From Octopus sinensis (Eukaryota): a stretch of 64,000 bases of DNA. A program made the translations under genes and the position numbers. Below are positions 49,345 to 62,091 of this stretch, one piece after another. Positions within the stretch are counted from its first letter, which is position 1; the number at the start of each line of letters is the position of its first letter. The notes beneath the pieces were generated by a model that worked only from the letters and a program-made list of their open reading frames with translations, was not told the DNA's origin and ran no database searches. The stretch covers positions 106,888,001 through 106,952,000 of the forward strand of contig NC_043004.1 of assembly GCF_006345805.1 (NCBI RefSeq), written 5' to 3'.

Positions 49345-49638
49345 TGTTACTTGCATGTTTAAATGCTTTGATCTGTGGTATGCCCGTATGATGTATTGAT
49401 TTGTTGTTTCCTTTAAATGCTTTGATGTTGTAACAATTGATTGTCATATAAACTAGTTGTTGAAGGTAAGCCAGTTGTTGCCGTTTTGCCTCTTTGTGTC
49501 TCTCTCGGTTGCCCCTCGGTATCTCTCTATGCGGCTGCGGTTGTTCTTGTTGTGTTGTATCTCTCCTCTCTCCTCTTTGGGATCCGTGGCGAACTTGCGC
49601 CGTTCGGGCGAGCGGCGAGGACGGGTGATTCCGTAACA
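49345..49638. mobile_element. Solo LTR family B (294 bp)
   Basis: TGTTAC...GTAACA termini, 4-bp TSD ATAT. Confidence 0.65.
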
Positions 49639-49703
49639 ATATTAAGAACAATCTTACTTAGAAATGGATGCGTGCGTTCCGTCATATAATAAATTAATAA
49701 ATA

Positions 49704-50050
49704 AATAAAACATATGCATATATACATACATATATGTACATACCTACCTCTACATGTATATACACATGCATATATGGGTACAGGACACCAAAAAAAACGT
49801 CGAACACAATGAGAAACGAAAACATAAACACAAAACCAAGGAAATGGACATTTTTCTTAAACAACGAAAAAATAGAGTACAGGACATACAGTTTAAGAAA
49901 AATATCCATTTCCTTGGTTTTGTGTTTATGTTTTCGTTTCTCATTGTGTTCGACGTTTTTTTGGTGTCCTGTACCCATATATACATGTATATATATACAT
50001 GTAGAGGTAGGTACGTACATATATGTATGTATATATGCATATGTTTTATT
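49704..50050. repeat. Foldback with ~159-bp arms and 28-nt loop
   Basis: 49704-49862 pairs with 49891-50050 with few mismatches. Confidence 0.85.
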
Positions 50051-50056
50051 ATTTAT

Positions 50057-50116
<60 letters not shown>

Positions 50117-50288
50117 ATATATATATATATAATATATATATATATATATAATATATATATATAAATATAAATATATATATAATATATATATATAACACAC
50201 ATACATACATACACACACACGCACACACACACATACATACACACATGCACATACATACATACATACATACATACATACTACATATACA

Positions 50289-50320
<32 letters not shown>

Positions 50321-50419
50321 CATACATACATACATACATACATACATACATACATACATACATACATACATACATACATACATACATACATACATACATA
50401 CATGCATGCATGCATATGT

Positions 50420-51480
50420 GTATTATTTTCCTTTGTAGGTGGAATAAACATCAGAGATATTTTTCCTCAACCAGAAACTGCAGAAATTACTCAGAGGTTT
50501 GTCACAATATCTTCCGTATTTTGATGTTGACTTTCTGCTTGTAGAAAACTCGTTAAGTCTCGGATAGAGTCTGGCCGTATATTTTTTCCAAGCACCATTC
50601 AAATTTGAGGGTTTCATTTCACCCTATGAATCAACAGCATTATCCATAACATCCATTATGTTGAACTTCTCTCACTGTACGTTTAACTTTCCTGACAATA
50701 ACTTTCATAAATTGTTTGAAAGTTCTTTTCAAATAGTATACCTTGAAGTTAGTTATCATACCTTGATCCAAAAACGTTGTATCCTTGGGGATGTACCTTA
50801 TTTTCTCATTATCAGAAAACCCATTTAAGTTTGCTAGATTACTTGGTGCAGTGTTTGAAATGAGCAATGTTTTGTAGGAAATATCACGTCTGAAGCTAAC
50901 CTTTCTGGACCATGACAAAAATTATTTGTAAACCACTCTTTGAAAAGGCTTTTAGTCATCTATGCCTTCTTATTTGAATGTCAAATCAGAGCTAAATCAA
51001 ACTTTGTATAACTCTTGAAAGCCCTTGAATTTTCGGGGCGATACACGAATATTAAAAGCTTTAATTTCATATCACCAGCAGCATTGTTTGGGAGTTTTCA
51101 TATCACCAGGCAATGTTTGGAAGCTTTAAATATTGGTGTTGATTTTTCTTCTAGCAAAATAAAAGTACATGTAGACGTTTTCTTCCAGAAAAGTGTAGTT
51201 TTATGTACAGTGTGTAGCCCCCCCCCTCAGCAATCATTGTTTTTTTCTCTACTGTCTATGATAATTAATTGCAGTCTTTATTTCAATATTGGCAGTTTTA
51301 GCTGTTATTTTTATGCTGTGCAGGTTAAAGCGCTTCTCAAACTTTTCGGACTATTCTTTACCAACCAAGAAAGGTTTTTCATCAGAAATTTCCTCTTCCT
51401 TTTTCTGAAAATCCTTGAACAAACTTTTGGCATCTTTTAATTACCATCTTGCTTTCTAGCATATTCCTTTGACTAAGATA
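50420..51480 (-). pseudogene. Fossil pogo/Tigger transposase
   Basis: LLISNTAPSN...IPKDTTFLDQGMITNFKVYYLKRTF resembles the DDE_1 motif LLxDNAPxH...LPPNTTS..QPxDQGVI..FK..Y. Confidence 0.7.
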
Positions 51481-51709
51481 TTTGAGCCATAAACTGTCTT
51501 ATTCTAATTACCCTATTAGATCTATGAAGGTCAAATTAAGTGCGAACAGTCAACACAGGAACGTCTTGAGTATATAACTTGTCTCTTTGTTGTACTAAAT
51601 AAATAAAAGTTTTTTTTTCTCCAAACTTAGTAAATATTAGGTCTAACATTTTCTTTTAATTCAACTTATTAAAATAATCACCACTACTAGTCAATTACGA
51701 TTATATATA

Positions 51710-52517
51710 TGTAATCAATATGAACGCACGTGGTCGCATTGTGTAGGGAATACGATCGCACGTGTTCATATTCTTAACGAATTATTACAAGCCATAAATA
51801 CATGCAGTAACAACAGAACATAAGTGAATCGACGACAAGTCTTGCTGTGGAGAGATAAATATTATTTATTTTACAACCGTGTCAATGTTAGGAGTTCGTA
51901 AACGTTAACACGTGTGTGCACATGCAACACGTGTTTGTGTCTGTGTGTTCGTGTGTGTGACAGATACAATCAGGGTGAATGCGTGTGGCATAGAAGGGTA
52001 CAGAACATAGAATATATAATGGAAATTGGTTTACTGTTCGTATGGCGAAGACGTTGGAAGCGACTGGAAGTTGATACATGACGGTGGAGACGGCGAAGAT
52101 AGTAGGCTATCTGTGATAGTGTACATTAGCGTCGTAGCTAGTTGTAGCAGGAACAATCGTATATCGCTTGGTTGAGTAGCGCTGTGGTCTAAAGTTAGTT
52201 CTTAGAAGAACTGGAACCAAAGACAAAAAGTGTCTGAAAACACTCCTTTATATACCGGTTGGGTGGCTCAAACGAGCCTCAGAAATGGAATCTTAACCAA
52301 AGGCCGTGATTGGTTGTTTCGGGACAGTGGCGCGAAAATAAGTGGAGACAAATCGCGTCACGTGTCAACCAATCAGGTTAGTGTTTACAACAGGAACAAG
52401 TTGGCCAAAGATGGCTGTAACCTCAAACGAGATCATTTCTGCCTTGCCTTTCAAATAGTGAAGATATTAGAAATCGCTATAGTCATATTTCAAAATGGCT
52501 GAAACTGCCTCGCTACA
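51710..52517 (-). mobile_element. Solo LTR family A, copy 2
   Basis: TGT...ACA termini, own 4-bp TSD TATA; highly similar to 47667-48467, same orientation. Confidence 0.8.
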
Positions 52518-53012
52518 TATATTAATGGAAATGGATATATATATATTTATGTAAATGTAAAATGCTTTCTATATTTTCTATTACTATATAAGATACAAAT
52601 GTTTATTGAAATCATTTAGTTAATTGTGTAAAGAATATTTGCTTAGTTTTCTTGATGTAAAATCAGGATGCCAAGTAGTAGTAGGCATTGAAAACTCTAA
52701 GACATTAATAGCCTATAATTCCCCTACCACTTAAACTTCAACAGGAATGACTTTTGACATTTATTTTACCCCTTCCTATATCTATAAATAGAAAAAAATT
52801 TTGTCTCCATCCAACCGAAAATCCCTCCATCCCCATTAACAGATCTAAATAACTAAAGGAAAAAAATCTATAGCCAGAAGGTAAATTTTAATACTATCAT
52901 GTTCTCAACAATCAAATCAACCTCTGTCTGTATATCTACCCTCTTTATAATGTTGGCAAACGAAGTGGAAATTAGTATATGTATTGTCCGTTTGATGGAA
53001 GACTTTTATAAA

Positions 53013-53096
53013 TGGCTGAAGATTGCTCAACATTTTAAAACTGATGTAATACTTACAGTGTTTAATAAAATGAAATAGCATGAAACGATCGTACCA
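53013..53096 (+). ncRNA. Type I hammerhead ribozyme-like motif with long stem II
   Basis: TGG-CTGAAGA-T-TGCT...AGCA-T-GAAA-CGATCG-T-A-CCA; all core nucleotides intact; GUA triplet at 53091-53093. Confidence 0.65.
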
Positions 53097-53224
53097 AATT
53101 ACCGAAGATATACTTGTTGCTTATTTTGATTATAATTACCCCATGGATTTATATGGATAATACCATACAAAATCCTGGTGCCTCTGACTTAAGTACCATA
53201 TTCATTTGAATCTAAATTTTGCTG

Positions 53225-53324
<100 letters not shown>

Positions 53325-53790
53325 GGCGGTTATTTTGAGTATTTGAGATCTCAATATGTGCTTCCAGATGGCGACAAGGATTTCTTACAATCACAGAAAT
53401 GGTATAATGTTGAACCGCTGTTCTTGTTTGCAATATAAGACCCATGCTTCACTATCATACAACCCAATTTTAAGAATATAAGTCATTTTGTCCTTGATCT
53501 TATGTTGATAGGCAGTTTCTGGGTGTCCTACTGTCTGTATATATGCTATAACATGCTTACGTAAACTGCAACCTATTGTCAAAACTACTACCATATATGG
53601 TAATTTGATGGACTCGAACAAAACTGAAAGTTATCTTGATATTAAAATAACGTAATTACTTTGCCAATGAAGGTAATTATAAAAAGCAGTGACATGTTCC
53701 AAACATCACGTGTAACACATATACGCATATTTTCTCGAGAAAGTTAGGTTAAACCAAACATGGACATATAAATAAAGATGAATTACTTAC

Positions 53791-53826
53791 TGTTTTTACA
53801 GGGTGCACAAGAGGCTGAGACTTGTC
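53791..53826 (-). CDS. LLTP exon 2 (36 nt)
   Basis: Acceptor tttatcttgcAG, donor A|GTAAGT, phase 1-1; (G)QVSASCAPCKN; joins exons 1 and 3 in frame. Confidence 0.8.
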
Positions 53827-56739
53827 CTGCAAGATAAACAACGTTAAAGTTAAGTTAGATATATATATTTGTGTGTGTATACAATGAACGAAACGTTAAT
53901 ATATGAGATCTGCAATAAATGCAACATATTTCTGATATATTTTGGGTGGAATTTTAGTTAGCGATCGTTGAAATTTCCCTTTGGTGTTTTTCAGTTAAAA
54001 TGGATTTGAATATGTTTAGAAAGAAACTATTTGAACAAAACATAAGTAGCGGTTGGATTCGATCCAGGTCTTACCGCTTTGAAATCACAGTTCGACCATG
54101 TGCGCAAACTCAGTTGTTATCCAATCAACGGCTGCTGTTCACGTCATAGTTTGGTAGCTTGTCTAGACTTTCCATGAACACAGAAATTTCGCAGAGTGTT
54201 GAGACCTCCAAGCTGCCATGACGTTCTCCACTCCCGCACTTTCAGAATGAGCCAGTTTCCCATTAGCGTTCACTCTCTTCATATCTGTTTGCACAGCTAC
54301 ATATTCAACCTAGGCCAATCGAAGAAGACACACCACAGTACAGTGACCAAATGTTGAAAATTTCAAACAAAGACTTCCTGCGTCGCATACGTTGTTTCAT
54401 CTGAATATTTCTTTGCTTGTATTGCATGAACACCTCTATATGAATGTAACAATAGATTACGTTCTAAAACATATATAAAAAACATTTCTAACGTTTTACA
54501 CGTGTATTACGGGAACCTATAAGCGGTTGGATTGCAGGGATTTATTGAAGTCACAGCTTAAACCTAGGTGACATGGAATACGGTGGAGCATTACAAATAA
54601 AGTTGAGCTGTTCGGAATCTAAATCATTTGATGTCTTCTGCTACAGATCTTTGTGTGAAATCATACATTAAACCATACTGGGTTGATTTCATCTACATAG
54701 CTTTGGATACACACTTAAACTGACGAATATTTATGAGGCCGCCCCAGATAAAATTATATAAAATATGCATAAAGTTGAAAGAATAAACGAAATAAAAAAT
54801 AAAACAAAGGATGTGTTGTAGAAATAATAATCTTGGAGAGACGCCAGGATCCCCGAGGTTTATACCAAATTAAATATCAATATGTACAACAATAATGGCA
54901 ATCAAAAATTAGTATTTCACAAAAAACTGTCGTCTAGTACAATTTATTTGTTGAGGTTTAAAAAACCCTGCACATCGTAATGTGATATAGACTCTGTGAG
55001 TGTTTTTGCCCCTCTCAAAAATATACCTATTGCTATTCTGGACATACTGACGAAAAAACGAGGACGTCTCAATATTTGTGAATGTAGTGACCTTCAAGAA
55101 AAACTAACTGGATTTCAAGTTGGTTTTCAACTTGGTTTTCAAGTTTAGTTCTTCTGCTCACGGACCAAAGTAGAAGATCTTAGTTGGGAGCAGTCCATTA
55201 TCATCTTTTGTGCGTGTGCTTCCTTTGTTTCTGTTTTCTTTTGCTGGCACTTAATAAAGCTCTTTTGGCCTTCCTAAAAACATATTCGGTATAATATCAT
55301 TTGGAAGTTTTATAATGCATTGAAATAAGATATATTTCTTTTTATATTATATTTTATAACATACTATTTCATATTATTAAGGCTGTGAGCTGGCCGGGAA
55401 AATGTTTAGTGCACGCCAGGGAAAATTTTTAATAGCATTTCGTCCGTCTTTACATTCTGAGATCAAATTCCGCCGAGGTCGACTTTGCCTTTCATCCTTT
55501 TGGGGTTCGATGGAATAAGATGTAATCGACTTTACTCCTTACACGAAATTACTGGCCTTTTGACAAATTTTAGAACCAATATTTCATACTAATTGATAAT
55601 GACAATTTTTATTATTTTATAACTCAGTATAATATTCTATATTATCTTTTTTTTTTTCATTTGATTGCAGTTAATCAATCAATTTACTTTCATAAATTAT
55701 TTCAATAACTGACACAGTAAAAGTATAATGGTGAAAAAATGCCCACAGGACGAGAAACGTGACCTTCGACTCTGAGAACCACACACAGATTATATTGTAG
55801 TCAAATGTTTTGGCCAGGACTGCATATGTAATCGAATACAATGTAACAAAAGTAATAAAAAATGTTGCAAACAAATTGTTAGGCATTTCGTATGATTTGT
55901 CTGGTATATTGGATTACACTTGCAGTACTGATTGAAATAGGCCCTTCTGTACTATATAATGTGTTATATAATGTACTGAAGCATTATATGAAGCACTTTC
56001 TACGTACACATAGGGGAAGGATTCTATTCCAAGTGAAAATTTACTACAAAACAATTACACAAGAGATTTTTTTAAAGCAGAAATAAATTCTATTTGTATG
56101 TTCTTAACAAGAAGAATCAACACATTTCCTACAGATATGAAAGATACAATAAATAATCACCGATGAGATGTTTGAAGAGAAAAACAGTGCAGCAATTGAT
56201 GAATGTCTCCACATCCTCCTGGTTATAATGATAACTTTTAATCAATTTTTCATCAACGATAGTTAAAATACTGTAATATTTGAATATATATTCTATTATA
56301 TACGCACAGGCAAGGTTGTATGGTTAAGAAGATCACATTGCAACGGACGGTTTGGACTCAGTCTTATTTCACAGCACCTTGGACAAGCGTTTTATGCAAT
56401 GGCCCAGGACCAACTAATGTCTTGTGAATTAATTTGGTTGACGATCCCTGTGTGAAAACCGGTTGTGTGTGTGTGAGAGAGAGTTCTTATTCTTTTATTA
56501 TTTTACCTGTTTCAGTCATTTGGCTGCAGCCATGCTGGAGCCCCGCCTTGAAGGAGATTTGGTCGAACAAATCTACTCCAGGGCTTATTTCTTATGCCTA
56601 GTATTTATTTGATCGGTCTTTTTGCCGAACCGCTGAGTTGCAGGGACGTAGACACACCAACACCTATTGTCAGTGATGGGATGACAGACATAGACACAAA
56701 GACACACACGTATAAACGTACACACACACACACACACAT

Positions 56740-56775
<36 letters not shown>

Positions 56776-57099
56776 TCCTTTGCACTCACAGGTCAATCTT
56801 TGACACCCATCCCTTCTACCCTCTCTAATTCCTTCTTTCTCTCTATTCTCCCCCCCCCCCTGTTGCTTTCGTCCTTCTTCTCTCTCTCTTCCTTCTTTTC
56901 TCTCTTCTCTGTCACGTGACTGCTGGCCAAAATCCGCCTTTCGGCCTCTGACCAGCGCCGTGACAACATCGTTGTCCTCGTTCGCCGCTAAGGCAATTCG
57001 CCGCTAAGGCAATTTTTCCAAAATACGCCAGCCAGACCTGTTTGCACTGTTATTAGTCGTAAGACACTTGCTGTTTTTACCATTATTGCTTTTGTATTT

Positions 57100-57415
57100 C
57101 ACGTTTTTGTATTTCATTATTGTTTTTTGTTTTTTATATTCGTGTGGCACCGTCCGTTTTGCTGTCCTTGTGTTCGTATGCATTCGATCCTTCTTCCAGG
57201 AAATCTACGCTCCTAGCTTAGTTTTTCTAATGCTCGTTGCTTAGTTTTTCCTGGAGGGCTGGCCGGTTCTAGTAATCTCAAGATTAATCAGCCGAAATTA
57301 CTACGATGATCCGGTTCTTGACTGAAGACTGAGGGCTTCGAATGTCCTGTCTGTGTTTGTTGTATCGTCTTCTAAGTTTTTATGCGTTCTTGTCTCAGTT
57401 TGTATTTTTCTACAT
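57100..57415 (+). repeat. Dispersed structured repeat, copy 2 (Penelope-terminal-repeat-like)
   Basis: Homologous to ~26820-27090. Confidence 0.65.
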
Positions 57416-57420
57416 ATCAT

Positions 57421-57492
<72 letters not shown>

Positions 57493-57606
57493 GACAGGCT
57501 TCTTTCAGTTTCCGTCTACCAAATCCACTCACAAGGCTTTGGTCGGCTATAGCAGAAGACGAAGCAAGCTTCTTACCACACAGCCAAGCCTGCGTCTATA
57601 AATAGA

Positions 57607-58061
57607 CAGGTCGCCGTCGACTTACGACCTATCCGACTTACGACCGATCGACTTTACGACGATTGGCGCGCCAGCTCACGGCAGCAATAATTTATGGTCC
57701 AGGTGAAATCTAATGGGTTTAATTTCTTAGAAATTCATATACCGATGATGCCAGCTAACATACGCTTACTGTAGGTTTGGTTTTCGATCGCCACTGTGAT
57801 TATCCCAAGTGTTGGATGAATATCCTGTCGCAGAGACATTGAGACAACCTCGCATTTGTTTATTTGACGGCTGCTTGAGACTCCGAACAAATAACACTGT
57901 TGTAGTATGATACAGAATGCTGTGTGTGACTTTTACCTAAGAATGTACCTTAAAAATGTAATAATATAAAACAAAGCCATGTAGGTCTATAGGCCGACTT
58001 ACAACCAAATCGACTTACTACAAGTCAGTCGGAAACAATTGTGGTCGTAAGTCGACGACGA

Positions 58062-58065
<4 letters not shown>
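57607..58065. mobile_element. Tigger-type MITE
   Basis: TIR CAGGTCGCCGTCGACTTACGACC / GGTCGTAAGTCGACGACGATCTG followed by TA. Confidence 0.75.
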
Positions 58066-58137
<72 letters not shown>

Positions 58138-58478
58138 GTGTGTGTGTGTGTGTGTGTGTGTGGATGTGCCTTTGTGTGTGTCCTTTACCACCGTCTGACA
58201 ACTGAATGCGTTGGTTTATTTGTGTTCTTGTTACCGGAAGAGTTTTAGTTGAGCAAATTGACTCCAGTATTAATGCTTTTCTTTTTTCAAGCCTGGTAGT
58301 TATTCTATCAGGTGTCTTTTGCCGAACTGCTAATTTACGGGAACGTAAACAAACCAGCACCAGTTGTCAGACGGTGGAAAGGACAATGGTGAAACACAGA
58401 CACACCGATATAGATACACACACATACACACAACACAAACACACATATACATACATACGTGTGTGTGTGTGTTCGTAT

Positions 58479-58548
<70 letters not shown>

Positions 58549-58553
58549 TTTAT

Positions 58554-58645
58554 ATCAAAATAAGCAACAAGTATATCCGAGGTAATGTGGTACGATCGTT
58601 TCATGCTACTACATTACCTCGGATATACTTGTTGCTTATTTTGAT
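58554..58645. repeat. 35-bp-arm palindrome at the end of the repeat shared with 53085-53225
   Basis: 58554-58588 pairs with 58611-58645; centre holds GAAACGATCGTACC on the minus strand. Confidence 0.8.
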
Positions 58646-58741
58646 TATAATCACTCCATGGATTTATATGGATAATACCATACAAAATTCTGGTGCCTTT
58701 GGCTTAAGAACCATATTCATCTGAATCTAAATTTTGCTGAA

Positions 58742-58776
<35 letters not shown>

Positions 58777-59227
58777 GACGAGCTTTTACAAGTTTTCTTT
58801 CTATCGAATTCACTCATATTGCATTAGTCGGCTCGGGGTTTTAGTAGAAGACACTAGCTTAAGGTGCTGTTCAGTGGGACTGTACCCGAAAATCCGTGGT
58901 TGCATCGCTTAACTACACGACTTGCACCTAGTCTATCACAAGTAAAATTCTCAGGCAAACTGCTAGACATAACAATCAGATATCCTTCAATCACACTACC
59001 GTTTTGAAATGAGAAGGTTGTTACATATAATAACATGACATATATGGTAACATATAATAACATAATCTTAGATCAAAGCTTACCTGGGGCTAAATAATAA
59101 TAACATCAATAACTAAAATGATTTTTCGTTTGCACAGAATAATTTTTTACGCAAAGAGTGTAACTGATGTTTATTTTATCGATTTCCACATATACGAACG
59201 GTAACAATCAATATCCTTTTCTACTCT

Positions 59228-59780
59228 GGGTACAAGGCCCGAAATTTTGGGGAATGAGGCAAGTCGATAAGATCGACCCTAGTACGCAGCTGGTACTTAA
59301 TTTATCGACCCCGAAAGGATGAAAGGCAAAGTCGACCTCGGCGGAATTTGAGCTCAGAAGGTAACGGCAGACGAAATACCTATTTCTTTACTACCCACAA
59401 GGGGCTAAACACAGAGAAGACAAACAAGGACAGACAAACGGATTAAGTCGATTATTTCGACCCCAGTGCGTAACTGGTACTTATTTAATCGACCCCGAAA
59501 GGATGAAAGGCAAAGTCGACCTCGGCGGAATTTGAACTCAGAACGTAGCGGCAGACGAAATACCTATTTCTTTACTACCCACAAGGGGCTAAACACAGAG
59601 AGGACAAACAAGGACAGACAAATGGATTAAGTCAATTATTTCGACCCCAGTGCGTAACTGGTACTTAATTTATCGACCCCGAAAGCATGAAACGCAAAGT
59701 CGACCTCGGCGGAATTTGAACTTAGAACGTAGCAGCAGACGATATACGGCTACACATTTCACCCGGCGTGCTAACGTTTC
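59228..59780 (-). mobile_element. Head-to-tail trimer of SINE family A
   Basis: 194-bp period; identical junction AAAGAAATA|GGTATTTCGTC at 59381 and 59575. Confidence 0.85.
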
Positions 59781-60464
59781 CATATCAGTATAATTTGAAC
59801 TTTGTACGATGAAAGACTGAAACGATATAATATTCCACTGCACTAAGGTGGCGAGCTGGCAGAATCGCTAGCATACCGGACAAAATGCTTAGCGGCATTT
59901 CGTCCACTTTTAGGTTCTGAGCTCAAATTCCACTGAGGTCGACTTTGTTTTTCTTCTTTCTGAGTCGATAAACAAGTACCAGTTGCGTACTGGTCAGCGT
60001 AATCGTCTTAATCTCTGAAATTGCTGACCTTGTGCCAAAATTTGAAATCAATATTTCACTGCACTTTTATCAACAAATTTCTTTGTAGCTAGAGTGCGTG
60101 CTGCCCGGAACAGTCCTTGAGTTCGCCGCCCTCCTACGGAGCCCCAGCAAGCTCCTCCTAAAAGTATTGTGGGACGGAGTGGACCGCCTCACTCGCCTTC
60201 CCAAACCACTGGCTACGCTACTTTTATAGAGTTGCCTCATTTCAATATTCCTTCTTTTAAAACAAGCACTCGGGTGTCAGAATCATTTCGGTATCGTAAG
60301 AACCTTGTTGTAACTATTCCGGATCTTCTCTGAATTTTGTGTTCAAATTCCGTCGAGGTCAAATTCACCTTACATCCTTCATGGGTAATAAATAAATTAC
60401 CAGTTAAGTACTGCGGTCAAGTCTGTTTGTCCCTCATTCTTTCTATTTCTTTCTATCTTTCTTT

Positions 60465-60535
<71 letters not shown>

Positions 60536-60588
60536 GTCTGTCAGTCTATCTATCTGTCAATCTCTCATTCTCTGTCTGTCTGTCTGAC

Positions 60589-60627
<39 letters not shown>

Positions 60628-61187
60628 TTCACGCACACATAATCGGAAACACTGAACCGTGAAAGTGTTGCAGAGAACCAGAGAACCACTCATCGTGCCC
60701 CTTTCGTCCAAGATATGGACACTGGATGAGCAAGGACTAGCAACCTATTCTTATCTAGCGTTCTATAAAAATCACCGTAACTTACTGCAGAGTCCGTGGA
60801 CAGACTGATGTATGTAACACCACGGAACAGTCAAAATAGTGAAGAAACATTTAAGTACCATGAAAAAAATTACAAGAAAAATGAATTAATGAATTTTACA
60901 AATCCATAGAAATGCAACTTATAAAAAATTAGGTATCGATTTTAAGATTTAAAAGGTTTTGAACTTCAGAGAGTTCACCAACGAAACAGTTTTGAATGGT
61001 CAGACCTGAATATGGACGAGGTTCTCCACTCCAGTTTTAAAATATAACACCTTTGTTTTCAGTCGATATTTTGATTTCTAACAAAAGCAAAACGCCATAA
61101 TTTTATCTTATTTTATTGGAGGGTACTTTATTTTATCGGCCTCATTATGTTAATCATGAAGCTGTACACAGAAAATAAGGGTCGTAT

Positions 61188-61616
61188 CAGGGCCGGATTT
61201 AGACCCACCGAGACCCTAAGCACTTAAAAGATGTTGGTGTCCCCATAAAAGATTATGTAATTCAAAATATGAACAATAGCAAACCATACAATAAATGTTC
61301 ATTTTTCAAAACGAAACAAAATAGTAAGAAGGAAAATAATTTTTGCATATTTCCACTTATTTCCATTTATATTTGAAAAGTTTCCTCCTACTTTTTTGAA
61401 TTGCAAAGTCTTTGATCAGATCCTCAAAATTAATCTTAGGTAACACATCTGCTTCTATACTTAGTAGAGATAAAGGCATCCTGAATATTATTTTAGCAAG
61501 TTTAAAGTGATTTCTTTTGTGTCGTCAACCATTTACCATTTCTGTGGTTCCCCCTCCTCCTTCCCTTGGTGCCCTAAGCATGTTGCTTATTTTGCTTAAT
61601 AGTTAATCCAGCGCTC
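61188..61616 (-). mobile_element. Internally deleted hAT element
   Basis: TIR CAGGGCCGGATT / TAATCCAGCGCTC; 8-bp TSD GGTCGTAT/GGTCGTAG; minus strand retains LSLLSIEADVLPKINFEDLIKDFAIQKSR, a hAT C-terminal dimerisation remnant. Confidence 0.75.
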
Positions 61617-61684
61617 GGTCGTAGCTAAACACCGCTGGGCATTTTGTCCGCCTCTGTATTGCTACCGTTCCAACCGTATATTAG

Positions 61685-61927
61685 CAGAGAGTCTCAACCA
61701 ATTTTTATCCATGGATCCTTTTGATTCCCATTTTACTCAGTAAGGTGGGACCAGCCATTCGATGTCAAACAACAAATATTTATGAGTAAATATTATTAGG
61801 AAGTGTACAAAAAATGTTTAGATATTCTGTGCATTGTAGAAAAATAAATAATTTATTGAACATGGATTTTAACAACAAAATCTTATATGGACCCTAAAGG
61901 TCTTACGGACCCCGTTGAGAACCAGTG
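61685..61927. mobile_element. hAT/Charlie-like MITE
   Basis: CAGAGAGTCTCAACC...GTTGAGAACCAGTG termini; TSD not recognisable; related start at ~63796. Confidence 0.45.
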
Positions 61928-62036
61928 GCAGAGACGTTTGTCAATGAATCCTTCCTTCTCTCTCTTTCTCTCCTCCTCCTCCACTCTTTCTCTCATAAAT
62001 ATAGCAAATATTTAAAAGTGGTAAAGTGATACTCAC

Positions 62037-62091
62037 CAATGTTATAAAGCAGGACTGATAAAGCCAAACACAGCAACAGTTTAGAATCCAT
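62037..62091 (-). CDS. Large lipid transfer protein (vitellogenin/apolipophorin family), coding exon 1: signal peptide
   Basis: ATG in ATAATGG context; MDSKLLLCLALSVLLYNI+G; hydrophobic signal-peptide-like; donor G|GTGAGT; 55 nt, ends phase 1. Confidence 0.88.

Noticed and set aside
47667-52517. A single LTR retrotransposon with two LTRs and a 3.2-kb internal region
   Set aside because: Each LTR has its own matching TSD, and the interior has no PBS/gag/pol, only other repeats and a Tigger fossil.
54045-54110. tRNA-Sec-like sequence on the minus strand (TTCAAA loop)
   Set aside because: Stems do not form and there is no long variable arm; at most a decayed SINE head.
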